Source: Centroscyllium fabricii
Lineage: Eukaryota
DNA length: 64,000 bases
Assembly: GCA_051313645.2 (NCBI GenBank)
Contig: JBNRSN020000005.1
Coordinates: forward strand, 248,248,001 to 248,312,000
Reading direction: 5' to 3'
Below the pieces are notes generated by a model, which worked only from the letters and a program-made list of their open reading frames with translations, did no database searches and had not been told where the DNA came from. Position 1 is the first letter of the stretch; each line of letters starts with the position of its first letter. Below, piece after piece: positions 37,777-50,220 of this stretch. The position numbers and the translations under genes were made by a program.

Positions 37777-40700
37777 CAAACCAAATCAATTTATTTGTTA
37801 CATGTACTAGAATACAACGAACAATCCAGACAGTAAAATGCTTGTTTTACGACCCGAACGCTCTGCATGTCCGGAGCCCGTAAGACGGCAGCCACCTCAC
37901 CAGCGCCATCATCATAGTGAGGCGGCACGCCCACTGAGACATCGAATCCGCCACGGGGACTCCGCGGAGCAAAGCCCCGCTCATCCGGGTGACGCGACGA
38001 CGTCACCACGTCGGCCGACGCGATGACGTCACCAACCGCGGGACTGTTTAAATATGCCTGTTGCGAGTGGTTCACTCTCTTTCTTGTTTAGGTCTAGTGT
38101 ATTAAAGTTGTGTTTTCTCTAGCTCTGGCTCACGTGTGGTTCCTAGGCCTTGCCGGCGCTACAGTGGTGACCCCAAAGAAGAAAAGCTGCCGCAGGATCT
38201 GGGACCACCAGCCAAAGAACTTTTTAAAGAAAGCATGGTAAACCCAAGAAACCAAGCTCCACGAACGCAGGGAGCTGGCCAGAACGCCGGACGTGGACTA
38301 ACTCTACCCGAGTTCTGGGAGCAATGGCCAGCGGCCTGGTTCATGTGCATTGAGACCAGCTGCCGCACACATGGCATTCAAGGGGACGACCGCTACGACC
38401 TGGTGTTCTCAGCCCTTCCACAGACGACGATCGATCGGATGTGGTCAAAAATACAGCGTGTGCCCATCGCAGGCAGGTATGAAACACTTAAGGCCGCGCA
38501 TATAATTTTTTTTTACCCCCTCCCAATTCGAGCGCGACTGCCAGCTCCTCGACCTCCCCGAACTCGGGGACGCAGACCCATCGGACCTCTTAGGTCAGAT
38601 GCAAGCGCTCACACCCAACCCGGCCTCCCTCGTCCGCACCGTCTTCCTCCTTAAACTGCCCCGCGCCATCAGACCGGCCTTGGCGGCCCTTGGCCATCGG
38701 AGCGATGACGAGCTCGGAGAGGAATCCGACAGGCTCATGGAGGCCCAGCGCACCCGCTCAACCACGTGCGACCCTAACTCCGCATCGGTAGAGCGCAGCC
38801 ATTCACCCCCCAGGCATAACTTTACGCCTGAACCTAGGGCCCCGCGCCCACCCAGGCAACCGCATCCCTCTAGCACCGGCTAGTGCTACTACCACACGCG
38901 GTTCGACCACAAAGCGCACCGCTGCGTCCAGCCATGCGCGTTCAAGCCACGGCCCAACTCAGCCCCCACCATGTCTGCAGGCCACACAGGAGCACTGCTC
39001 TTCGCCACAGACAGCGGCACAGGCCTCAGGTTCATCTGCGATACAGGCGCGCAGCACAGCATCGTGCCAGCCTCCCCTGCAGAAACCAAACAAGGCACCC
39101 GGGGCCCGCCACTAGCGGCAGCCAACGGCTCCAATAAAAAACGTACGGCACCCGCAAGCTAACTATAACCCTTGCAAGCCACGCGTACACCTGGGATTTT
39201 GTAACGGCCCAGGTCACTTCACCCCTCCTCGGGGCAGACTTCCTCTGCGCCTACGGCCTACTGGTCGACGTAACTCGGCGCCGCTTGGTAAATATAAATA
39301 CCATGACGACCATCCCATGCTCCACGGGGCCCGCACTCCTGGCCCACGCGGCAGCCCAATGCCGCTCCAGGGACTCCGATGCCTACGGCACACTCCTGGC
39401 AGAGTTCCCCGCCCTAACCAACCCCACGTTCACCGCCCACATGGCCAAACACGGGGTGGAACATTTTATCACGACCACAGGCCTGCCTGTTCATGCCCAC
39501 GCCCGTAGGCTCGACCCGGCCAAGCAGGAGATCGCGCGCACCGAGTTCCGCACCATGGAGCAACTCGGCATTATCCGCCGCTCCAGCAGCCCCTGGTCCT
39601 CTCCGCTCCATATAGCCCCCAAGCCCGACAGAGGCTGGCGCCCCTGCGGCGACTACCGCCGCCTTAACAAAGCCACCACCCCGGATAGGTACCCCGTACC
39701 CCACATCCAGGATTTTTCCGCCAGATTAGCGGGCTGTACGATCTTCTCCAAGATCGACCTGGTGCGTGGCTACCACCAGGTTCCGGTGCACCCGGCGGAC
39801 ATTCCTAAAACGGCCGTTATTACCCCCTTCAGACTCTTCGAGTTCCTTAGGATGCCCTTCGGCCTTAAAAACGCGGCCCAGGCCCTCCAGCGCCTCATGG
39901 ACTCAGTCCTACGGGACTTGAAGTTCATTTTCGTCTATTTAGACGACATCCTCGGGGCCAGCACCTCCCCCCAGGAACACCTCCTGCACCTCAGGACCCT
40001 GTTCCAACGCCTTACCGAACACGGCCTTATCTTATGCCCCACCAAATGCAAATTCGGCCTCGAGACTATTGACTTCCTCGGCCACCGCATTTCCCAAACA
40101 GGGGCCATACCCCTGCCCTCCAAGGTGCAGGCGGTGCAAGAATTCCCCCGCCCGCACTCCATTAAAGGGCTGCAGGAATTCTTAGGCATGGTTAATTTTT
40201 ATAACCGCTTTATCCCGGTAGCAGCCGCTCTCATGGCCCCCTTATACCAGGCAACCCGCGGGCAGTCCAACAAGGCTGCGGTCGAGTGGACGGCCGACGC
40301 CGCCACCACCTTCACCGCAACTAAAACCGCCCTGGCAAACGCCACCCTCCTAGCCCACCCTAGGCCCAACGCCAGAGTAGCCCTCACCACCGACGCCTCC
40401 GACCACGCGGTCGGGGCCGTATTTGAGCAGTGGACCGGCAACTCATGGCAGCCCCTGGCCTTTTTCAGCCGGCAACTCCGACCCCCAGAGGTTAAATACA
40501 GCGCCTTTGATAGGGAGCTACTCGCTCTCCATCTGGCGGTGCGACACTTTCGTTTCCTCTTGGAGGGCCGCCACTTCACAGCCTTCAGCGACCACAAGCC
40601 ACTCACGTTTGCGATGGCTAAGGTCGCTGAACCCTGGTCGGCCAGGCAGCAGCGCCAACTCGCGGCCGTGTCGGAATTTACAACCGACATCCAGCACATT

Positions 40701-42771
40701 TCCGGCCGCGACAACGTGGACGCTGACTGCCTCTCACGCCCCAACATTAACGCCGCCCAAATGGCGGTCGATTACGCCCAGCTGGCCGACCCCGACCTAC
40801 TCAACGCAGCAACTAATCTCACCGGCCTCCACTTGGCCAATATTGCGCACGGCCCCGCTGCCACCGTCGTCTGCTGCGACGTATCCTTGCCGCAACCCAG
40901 GCCAGTCGTACCCCACGCTTGGAGGCGACACATATTTAGGACCCTCCATGACCTGTCCCACCACGGCGCCCGCGCGTCCATTAAATTAATATCGGCCCGA
41001 TTCGTATGGCGCGGCCTGCGCAAGGACGTCCGCGCCTGGGCCAGCTCCTGCATAGCCTGCCAGCGCTCCAAAGTGCATAAGCACATCAGGGCACCGCTGG
41101 AAAATTTTAAAGTGCCGTCCAGACGTTTTGACCATGTCCACATCGATCTCGTCGGGCCACTACCGCCATCCCGGGGCCACACGCACCTAATGACCATGGT
41201 CGACCGCAACACTCGCTGGCCAGAAGCAGTCCCCCTCACCGCCACCGGCACCACGGACTTGGCCAGGGCGTTCATCGCCATCTGGGTCGCCCGCTTCGGC
41301 GTGCCCACAGACATCACCTCTGACAGAGGACCCCAATTTACGTCAGCATTATGGGCGGCCATCGCCCGCGACCTCGGGGTGACACTACACTGAACCACCG
41401 CATACCACCCACAGGCGAACGGCCTATGTGAACGGTTCCACCGCTCGATGAAGGCATCACTACGGGCCACACTAAAAGACGCATCGTGGACCGACCACCT
41501 TCCATGGGTCCTCCTCGGGCTGCGCTCGGCAGTCAAAGAAGACCTCAATGCCTCGGCAGCGGAGCTCGTCTACGGCCAAACTTTAACGGTGCCGGGCGAG
41601 TTCCTGGCTGAGCCCAACGCTCCCTGGTCAGCCGACCAGTATTTGAAAGACTTTGCCAACCCGGCACGAGCTTTCCAGCCACTACCAGTGGCCCGGCACG
41701 GAGAGCCGGCAGCTCGGGTGCCGGACAACATTAAAAACGCGAAATTCGTGTTCGTCCGGCGCGACGGACACCGATCTCCACTACAGCCACCTTACGATGG
41801 CCCCTACAGAGTGCTTCGGGCGGGAGCTAAAGCTTTCGAGTTACAAATGGGCAACAGGACTGACACTGTGACAATAGACCGGCTCAAGCCGGCACACGTG
41901 ATAGCGGGTGAGACTATGGTCCCCGCACAACCACCACAACGCGGTCGCCCTCCCGCAACAAAACCTGCCCACACTCCACCGCAGAACCAGTGGCAACGAA
42001 CAACACGGTCCGGCCGCATCATCCGGCCACCCCAACGGCACAACATAGACTCTGTCACTATTCCTCCCGGACGGATTCTGGGGGGAGCTGTGTGGCGGCA
42101 CGCCCACTGAGACATCGAATCCGCCACGGGGACTCGGCGGAGCAAAGCCCCACTCATCCGGGTGACGCGATGACGTCACCACGTCGGCCGACGCGATGAC
42201 GTCACCAACTGCGGGACTGTTTAAATACGATTGCTGCGAGTGGTTCACTCTCTTTCTTATTTTACTTAGTGTAATAAAGCTGTGTTTTCTCTAGCTCTGG
42301 CTCACGTGTGGTTCCTAGGCCTGCTGGCGCTACAATAGGTTCCGTTCCCGCACCGCTCCGGCCTCTCCTGCGCTCAAAGTTCTTTTCCTTATTTCTTATT
42401 GTTCTTATTTCTTCTTGTTCTTATTTTAGGTCCATCTTCCTGCTCCACAGTCCCCCGACTTCTCCTCCTGGGCTCCGGGAACCGCGTCCGAAGGCCCAGG
42501 CCTACCTCTCGCCCTGACGCCCTGCCTAATCACTCCGAGCACTGAAATCCAGGAGCCATGTCCGGAGGCCTGGGGCCTACCTCTCGGGCCGCCATGCCGG
42601 CACCACCGAACTCTTATCTCCCAGCTCACTCCCGAGTGATCAACTTTCCACATCTTCCATCTTGCCGTCCACGCCATCTGACCTTCTGACCGGGCTCTCT
42701 CCCGGCGTTCTACATGGCGGATGGAGGCCGATTTGGGGATTTAAGCTTCCACCCCGATGTTCGCTCGCCTC
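37777..42771 (-). mobile_element. Unclassified non-coding retroposon (~570 bp net) split by Gypsy A2
   Basis: CATAT TSD (37772-76, 42772-76). The minus strand ends AATAAATTGATTTGGTTTG. Confidence 0.6.
37918..42334 (+). mobile_element. Full-length Ty3/Gypsy family A, copy A2 (LTRs 37918-38163 and 42091-42334; disabled gag-pol)
   Basis: ATAG TSD, PBS TGGTGACCCC, gag LPEFWEQWPAAWF and CYYH knuckle, protease DTGA, RT YLDD, RNase H TDASD, HHCC integrase. Several stops and frameshifts. Confidence 0.97.
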
Positions 42772-44419
42772 CATATGGAGGACGCACTTCTCCGGGGAGA
42801 CTGTCACAGGGTTTTATCATCTCTTGCAACAAGACCTGGAACCAACAGCTGGCAATGTATTGCCTCATGCAGTGAAGGTCACTGCAGCCCTGAATTCTGT
42901 TCCTCCAGTTCCTTCTGGTCTACCACCAGGGAATCAATAACATCAGTCAGCCTGCTGTCCATGCTTGCAGTAAGTAGGTGACTGATGCCATGATTGCTGG
43001 ACCAAACACTTCTATCGCTTTCCTCATGGACGATTGGAAGCAGCAGCACAGCCACAAACAGTGTCTCATGTGATAATGGTTTTCTCTATGCTGCATAATT
43101 GTGTTTGGAATGGGAAAGCACCTGGAGATACCTTCGAATAACAACCTTCAGCATGATGAGCAAGAGGACACTGATGATATAGAGACAGAAAGAAGAAAGA
43201 ACTTGCATTCCTGTAATGCATTTTATGACCTCGGGACATCCCAAAGCACTTTACAGCCAATGAAGTACCTTTGATATGTAGTCAGTGTTGAAATAGAGAA
43301 TGCAAATAAGCAGAATGTCTCCAACTGTTGCCTCCAGCCACAGCTCTTCAACAGCAGCTCATTGAAGAGCGCTCCAGCTGAACAATCCCTGCTCCCTGGC
43401 ATTAACAGTCATGTCCAACATCTCTCCCACTCCTTCCCATACTCAGATAAACTGCATGAGCCCTAAGACCAACATTAATATTCATGACGACTAACATTGC
43501 AGGATTACCAGCTACTGAAGAAATACTCTGCGCACAAAGAATTCAAAATGTATTATCATTTTACTGGCTCACGCAAATGCCTGCACACTAATATTCACCC
43601 TTGTGTGAGATTCTAGTGCCTGTTTTAAGTACTCTCTTACCAACGCTGCTGCTGCTACGCAGTGCTCCCCCAGTGGATGCAGCATTGGTCGGTTGCGGGG
43701 AGGGCGGAGGCGGGCGGGTGGGCGTGGAAGGCTGCTGTGGTGTCGTCAGGGGCTCCTGAGATACTCATAGTCGATGATCTTTAGGATCTGGGGCCGGGCT
43801 GAAGACTGCAACAACTTGGAGTCAGGTCCTCGCATATTAGAGTCATGGAGGGCTGTGCAGAGACTTTGGAAGTCACGGTCAGATTATTACATTTTTTCCT
43901 GCAGCCAGGTCCTGGGAACAGTACTGTTGCCATTGAGATTCTTCGCCTTCATTCTCCTTGCCTGTTGGTTGATTTATCTTGGCACCAGTTGCCCATCTGT
44001 TGGGAAGAGGACCTTCTTCGTGCTGGTCACTTGTTTAGTCAGCATCTCCACTGCTGCATCGGAGAACCTCCCTCAGGGATCTGGAAGTTGGAATTCATTT
44101 TGCCTACTGTTGCTCAGTCCTGCTGGGCGGTGTCACGGTAAAAGGCACCTCCCCTTTAAGGTGCTGCAGGATGCCTTTAAGTAGCAACCAGCCCACTGGA
44201 TTTCTTGCCCCCTCAATTGTCAAACTGCCTATAGGAAGCACAATTGGTGCTGGAAGCTCCTTGATTTAATTTAAATTAGGCCCAGCCACAAAAATGGCAT
44301 GGGCCCCATCCCGATTTCTTTGTATGGAAACTCTACCCACCACTCATCCGATTTACCTTAGAGTTGAAAATTGCCCACAAAAGCTGAAATCTTAGCGGTT
44401 CTTTCTAGTAGCTATTGAC

Positions 44420-47400
44420 TGTCTGAGGCTGAACAAGATGGTCTGCAACCTTGGTGTCCTGTTTGACCCTGAGATGAGCTCCCGACCCCATATGCTCTCC
44501 ATCATCAAGACAACCTACTTCTATCTCCGTAACATCTCCCATCTCCATCCCTGCCTCGCCCCAACTCTTCTACTGCTGAAACCCTCATCCATTCCTTTGT
44601 TACCTTCGGATTCGGCTATTCCAACTCTCTCCTGGCCAGCCACCCACCTTGCACCCTCCGTAAACTTCAGCTCATCCAAAATTCTGCTGCCTGTATCCTA
44701 ACTCATGCCAAGCCCCATTTACCCATCACCCCTGCGCTCGCTGACCTACAATTTAGCCTCTGCGGGCAGTTTGCAAATCTTCTCATTCCTGTTTTCAAAT
44801 CCCTCCATGGCCTTGCCCCTCCGCATCTCTATAATCTCCTCCAGCCCTACAACCATCTGAGATCTCTGCGCACCACCAATTCTGGCCTCTTGCGTATCCG
44901 CAGTTCTCATCACTCCACCAATGGCAGCCATGCCCTCAGCTGCCGAGGCCTGAGCTCTAGAATTACCTCCCTGAAGCGCTCCGCCTCTCTACCTCTCTCT
45001 TCTCTTTAAGATGCTCCTTAAAACCTACCACTTTGGCTAAGCTTTTGGTCACCTGTTCTAATATCTGCTTACGTGGCTCGATGTCAAATTTTCTTTGTAA
45101 CGGTCCTGTGAACCACCTTGGGACATTTTTCAACATTAAAGGTGCTATTGTGGTGACATGCCCACCAAGACCATCGAATCCGCCTCGGGAGTGCTGCGAG
45201 GCACGGCCCCGCCCATCGGGTGACGTGATGACGTCACCGTGACTTCCGGTGTGATGATGTCACCGGGACTTCCGGCGTGGTGACGTCACCAACCGCGGGC
45301 CCTTTAAATATGCCCGTTCCAGGTAGCTCACTCACTTCGCTACCTGGCCCCTGCAGAGTAATGCAATAAAAGAGTGTTATCCGATTTCACTGTCTCCAGC
45401 GTGGTTCTTCAGGCCTGCATGCACTACAGTGGTGACCTCGATACTTGGAACGACTTCCAAGGGGGGAACATAATGAAGCAGTTGCTGCAGGACTGAGGGC
45501 CAAGCTGCCTCAGTACACTCTCAACCAACATGCCATCAGGGAGCCAAACAGCGCGACCTCAAAGACTGGGCCAGAACTCCGGCCAAATACCAACTCTGCC
45601 AGAGTTCTGGGAGCTACGACCAGCGGCCTGGTTCCTCTGCACCGAGAATACCTACCGCATCCATGGCGTACAGGGGGCCGATCGCTACAACCTGCTCTTC
45701 GCGGCCCTATCACAGACCACGGTCGACCGAATGTGGCCAACGATACAGCATGCACCAACCGCTGGCAGGTATGAATTCCTTAAAGCCGCGCTGCTAAAGA
45801 AATTCACCCCCTCCCAGTTTAAGCGCGACTGCCAGCTCATTAACCTCCCCGAACTCGGGGACTCAGACCCATCGGACCTCTGGGCCCAAATGGAAGCGCT
45901 CAATTGCGACCCAGCCACCATTAAGCGCACCTTGTTCCTCCTCAAACTGCCTCCCTCCGTCAGACCGGCTCTGACGATCCTCTACCACTACAGTGGAGAG
46001 CAACTGGCTGAGGAGGCCGACAAGCTGATGAGGGCCGAGCGCTCCCGAGCCGCCACGTGCGAGCCCGCTGCCACGGCACCGGAGCCCTACCACACGCGCA
46101 CCCCAGGTCCGACCCCAAGTCTGAACCCAGGCCACCGCGACCCCGCAAAAAGCCGCGCACAACAGGCCCCGGCTGGTGTTACTACCACACCAGATTTGAA
46201 GCTAAAGCGCAGCGCTGCGTCCAGCCCTGCACCTTCAAACCCCAGCCCAGCTCAAGCCCCACCATGTCCGTAGGCCGCTCCGGAGCACTGCTCTTCGTCA
46301 CGGACAGCGGCTCAGGCCTCCGCTTCCTCTGCGACACAGGCGCGCAGCACAGCATCATGCCAGCCTCCCCCGCAGAAGCCAAGCAAGGCACCCAAGGCCC
46401 ACCACTCGAAGCCGCAAACGGCTCCGAGATAGTTACGTACGGTACCCGCAAGCTCACCATCAAGCTAGCAGGCCACACGTACCTGTGGGACTTCATCACA
46501 GCCCAAGTAAAACTACCCCTCCTCGGGGCTGATTGTCTCTGCGCCCACGGCCTACTGGTCGACGTGACCCGGCGCCGACTGGTCGACATCCACCACATGT
46601 CGACCATCCCATGCTCCACAGGGCCGGCACACCAGGCCCACGCAGCGTCCCACTGCCGAGCCCGGAACTCCGACACGTACGGCACGCTCCTCGCGGAGTT
46701 CCCAGCCCTCACCAACCCCACCTTCACAGCCCGCACGGCCAAGCATGGGGTGGAGCATCACATCACCACCACAGGCCCTCCAGTCCATGCCCACGCACGC
46801 AGGCTGGACCCGGCCAAGCTGGAGATCGCGCGTACCGAGTTCCACATCATGGAACAACTCGGCATAATCTGCCGCTCCAGCAGCCCCTGGGCCTCCCCCC
46901 TCCACATCGCCCCCAAGCCTGGCGGTGGCTGGCGCCCCTGCGAAGACTACCGCCGCCTCAACAACGCCACCACCCCAGACAGGTACCCCGTCCCCCACAT
47001 CCAAGATTTCTCAGCAAGGCTAGCCAGCTGCACGGTCTTTTCAAAGATCGACCTGGTACGGGGCTACCACCAGGTACCCGTGCACCCGTCGGACGTCCCT
47101 AAGACAGCCGTCATTACCCCTTTCGGCCTTTTCGAGTTTCTCCGAATGCCCTTCGGACTCAAAAACGCGGCCCAGGCCTTCCAACGCCTCATGGACTCAG
47201 TCCTACGGGACTTGCAGTTCACGTTCGTCTACCTGGACGACATCCTCGTGGCCTGCACCTCACCCTAGGAACACCTCCTCCATCTGAGGACCCTGTTCAA
47301 ACGCCTGGTCGAACATGGCCTAATATTAAGCCCCTCCAAATGTCGGTTCGGCCTCGAGACGATCGACTTCCTCGGCCACCGCATTTCCCAGACCGGGGCC

Positions 47401-49759
47401 ATATCCCTGCCCTCCAAGGTGCAGGCGGTGCAGGAATTCCCCCGCCCGCACTCCATCAAGGGGCTGCAGGAATTCCTTGTGATGGTTAATTTATATAACC
47501 GCTTCATCCCAGGAGCAGCCGCTCTCATGGCACCCCTCTATCAGGCCACCCGCGGGCAGTCCAACAAGGCTGCGGTCGAGTGGACGGCCGAAGACACCAC
47601 CGCCTTCACCGCAACCAAAACCGCCCTGGCCAACGCCACGCTCCTAGCCCACCCTGGGCCCAATGCCAGAGTGGCCCTCACCACCGACGCCTCCGACCAC
47701 GCTGTCGGAGCGGTCTACGAGCAGTGGACGGGCAACTCCTGGCAACCCCTGGCCTTTTTCAGCCGGCAACTCCGGCCCCCGGAGGTCAAGTACAGTGCCT
47801 TCGATAGGGAGCTACTCGCTCTCTACCTCGCAGTGCACCACTTCCGCTTCCTCCTAGAGGGCCGCCATTTTACAGCCTTCGTGGATCACAAGCCACTTGT
47901 GTCTGCAATGGCTAAGATCGCCGAAGCCTGGTCGGCCAGGCAGCAGCGCCAGCTCGCGGCCGTGTCGGAGTTTACCACCGACATACAGCACATCGCCGGC
48001 CGCGACAACGTGGTCGCTGACTGCCTGTCACGTCCCACCATCAACTTGGTACAAACGGCGGTCGACTACGCCAAACTGGTGGCCGACCAACTAACCGACC
48101 CTGATTTGCTCGACCCAGCTGCCAACCTCCCCGGCCTGCACTTGGCCATGGTAGCACACGGGCCCACAGCCACAGCGGTCCGCTGCGACGTCTCCCTCCC
48201 GCAGCCCAGACCCGTCGTCCCCCACGCATGGAGGCGACACATCTTCCAGACCCTTCATGGCCTGTCCCACCCTGGCACCCGCACGTCCACCAAGCTGATT
48301 TCGGCACGTTTCATCTGGCGCGGCCTGCGCAAGGATGTCCGCGCCTGGACCAACGCCTGCACTGCCTGCCAGCGCGCCAAGGTGCACAAACACATCAAGG
48401 CACCACTAGAAACGTTCACCATCCCAGCAAGATGCTTCGGCCACGTCCACATCGACCTGGTCGGACCACTACCGCCATCACGGGGACATACACATGTCAT
48501 GACAATGGTCGACCGCAGCACTCACTGGCCAGAAGCGGTCCCACTCATCGCTACCACCACCGTGGACCTGGCCAGGGCCTTCATCGCCACCTGGGTCGCT
48601 CGTTTCGGCGTACCCACCGACATCACGTCAGACAGGGGCCCCCAATTTACCTCAACACTATGGGCGACCATCGCCCGCGACCTCGGGGTAACCCTGCACC
48701 GAACCACCGCCTACCACCCACAGGCCAATGCCTCTGCGAACGGTTCCACCGCTCCATCAAAGCTTCCCTGCGGGCCAGTCTGAAAGATGCAACCTGCACC
48801 GACCGCCTGCCCTGGGTAATGCTCGGCCTGCGCTCAGCGGCCAAGGAAGACCTACACGCCTCAGCGGCGGAACTCGTCTACGGCCAACCCCTAACCGTGC
48901 CAGGCGTGTTCCTCGCAGAACCCAACGCCCCCTGGTCAGCTGACCGGTGCCTCAAAGAATTTAACAATCAGGCAGGGGCATTCAAACCACTACCAGTGGC
49001 CCGGCACGGAGAGCCGGCAACACGTGTTCCAGACGGCATCAAGAACGCCGAATATGTGTTTGTCCGCCACAACGCACATCGAACACCACTACAGCCACCG
49101 TACGACGGACCGTACAAGGTGCTTCGGGCGGGGCCTAAGACATTTGAAATCAAAATGGGCAACAGAACTGAAACTGTCTCCATTGACCGGCTCAAACCGG
49201 CACATGTAATGGCGGGTGAGACAACAGTCCCTGCGCAGCCACCAAAACGCGGACGCCCTACCGCACCAAAACCCGCCCACACTCCCACGCAGAACAAGGA
49301 GCAACGCACGACACGTGCCGGCCGCATCATCCGGCCACCTCAACGCCTCGCTTGAGACTCATCTTTTATTCTCCCTTTTTTTATTTTAACTTTATGCTCC
49401 CTTTTTTATTTTCACTTTATTCTCCCTCACAGATTCTGGGGGGGAGCTGTGTGGCGACACGCCCACCAAGACCATCGAATCCGCCTCGGGAGTGCTGCGG
49501 GGCACGGCCCCGCCCATCGGGTGACGTGATGACGTCACCGTGACTTCCGGCGTGATGACGTCACCGGGACTTCCGGCGTGGTGACGTCACCAACCGCGGG
49601 TCCTTTAAATATGCCCGTTCCAGGTAGCTCACTCTCTTCGCTACCTGGCCCCTGCAGAGTAATGGAATAAAAGAGTGTTATCCGATTTCACTGTCTCCAG
49701 CGTGGTTCTTCAGGCCTGCATGCACTGCACTATATGAATGCAAGTTGTTGTTGTTGTTG
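44420..49759 (+). mobile_element. L2-type LINE 3' fragment split by Gypsy A3
   Basis: VCNLGVLFDPEMS...YFYLRNI. The tail AAAGGTGCTAT|ATGAATGCAAGTTGTTG is rejoined across the Gypsy insert. Confidence 0.85.
45149..49729 (+). mobile_element. Full-length Ty3/Gypsy family A, copy A3 (LTRs 45149-45428 and 49450-49729)
   Basis: CTAT TSD, PBS TGGTGACC, gag-pro-RT-RH-IN motifs with a stop and frameshifts. The LTRs differ at about 9 of 280 sites by eye. Confidence 0.97.
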
Positions 49760-50220
49760 ACTTAGTGGGGGTGAAATTCGTCCCATTAGCGCAAGTAGAT
49801 GGTGCTAATGGGGTGCTAGACCAGTATTGCGGGGGCGAGGTGAATTCAGCGCTGTAGGCCTAATCCGGCCCTCCCGTAGCGCTGCTGGTAAGAGGTATCA
49901 CTGGGAATGTCGACGGCAGGTAAATTATAATGTCAGTGAATTTGCAACGCTAACTGACCGCTTGATTCGCAAAATTGATTCTCGCCACTTACTTCACCAC
50001 CTGGAGTAAACACCGATATGCTCCACTGACCCACTGCCACTCCCCTGGGGCAGCACCTCAGCATCCCTAGCAATCTGTTGGCACACAGATTGCTGGCCTG
50101 CTGTGACACTGAAAGCCCCAGTCGGCGGTGGTAGACTCAGCCACGATGGCGGCAGTCACAGATTGCGTGGCATAAAGCTGAGACTGCATGAGAGCAGTCA
50201 GAGATTGGATACCACCAAGT

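Larger units (their letters stand above)
33902..44376. mobile_element. Old PIF/Harbinger element fragmented by many nested insertions
   Basis: Putative ends GGGGCTCATTTTCA / TGAAAATTGCCC. Transposase PYPPNNVYRPRTRYLQFSEEQ (~37705-37770) resumes as WRTHFSGETVTGFYHLLQQDLEP...VKVTAALN (42777 on). Myb-like RFSDAAVEML on the minus strand near 44070-43850. Outer limits are inferred. Confidence 0.6.

Noticed and set aside
38881-38883. TAG between gag and protease as a programmed readthrough
   Set aside because: Copy A3 has TGG (Trp) at the same position (GWCYYH), so this is an ordinary nonsense mutation.
40199-41548. Long antisense ORFs over Gypsy pol
   Set aside because: Shadows of GC-rich coding sequence with no motifs, and not conserved in extent between A2 and A3.
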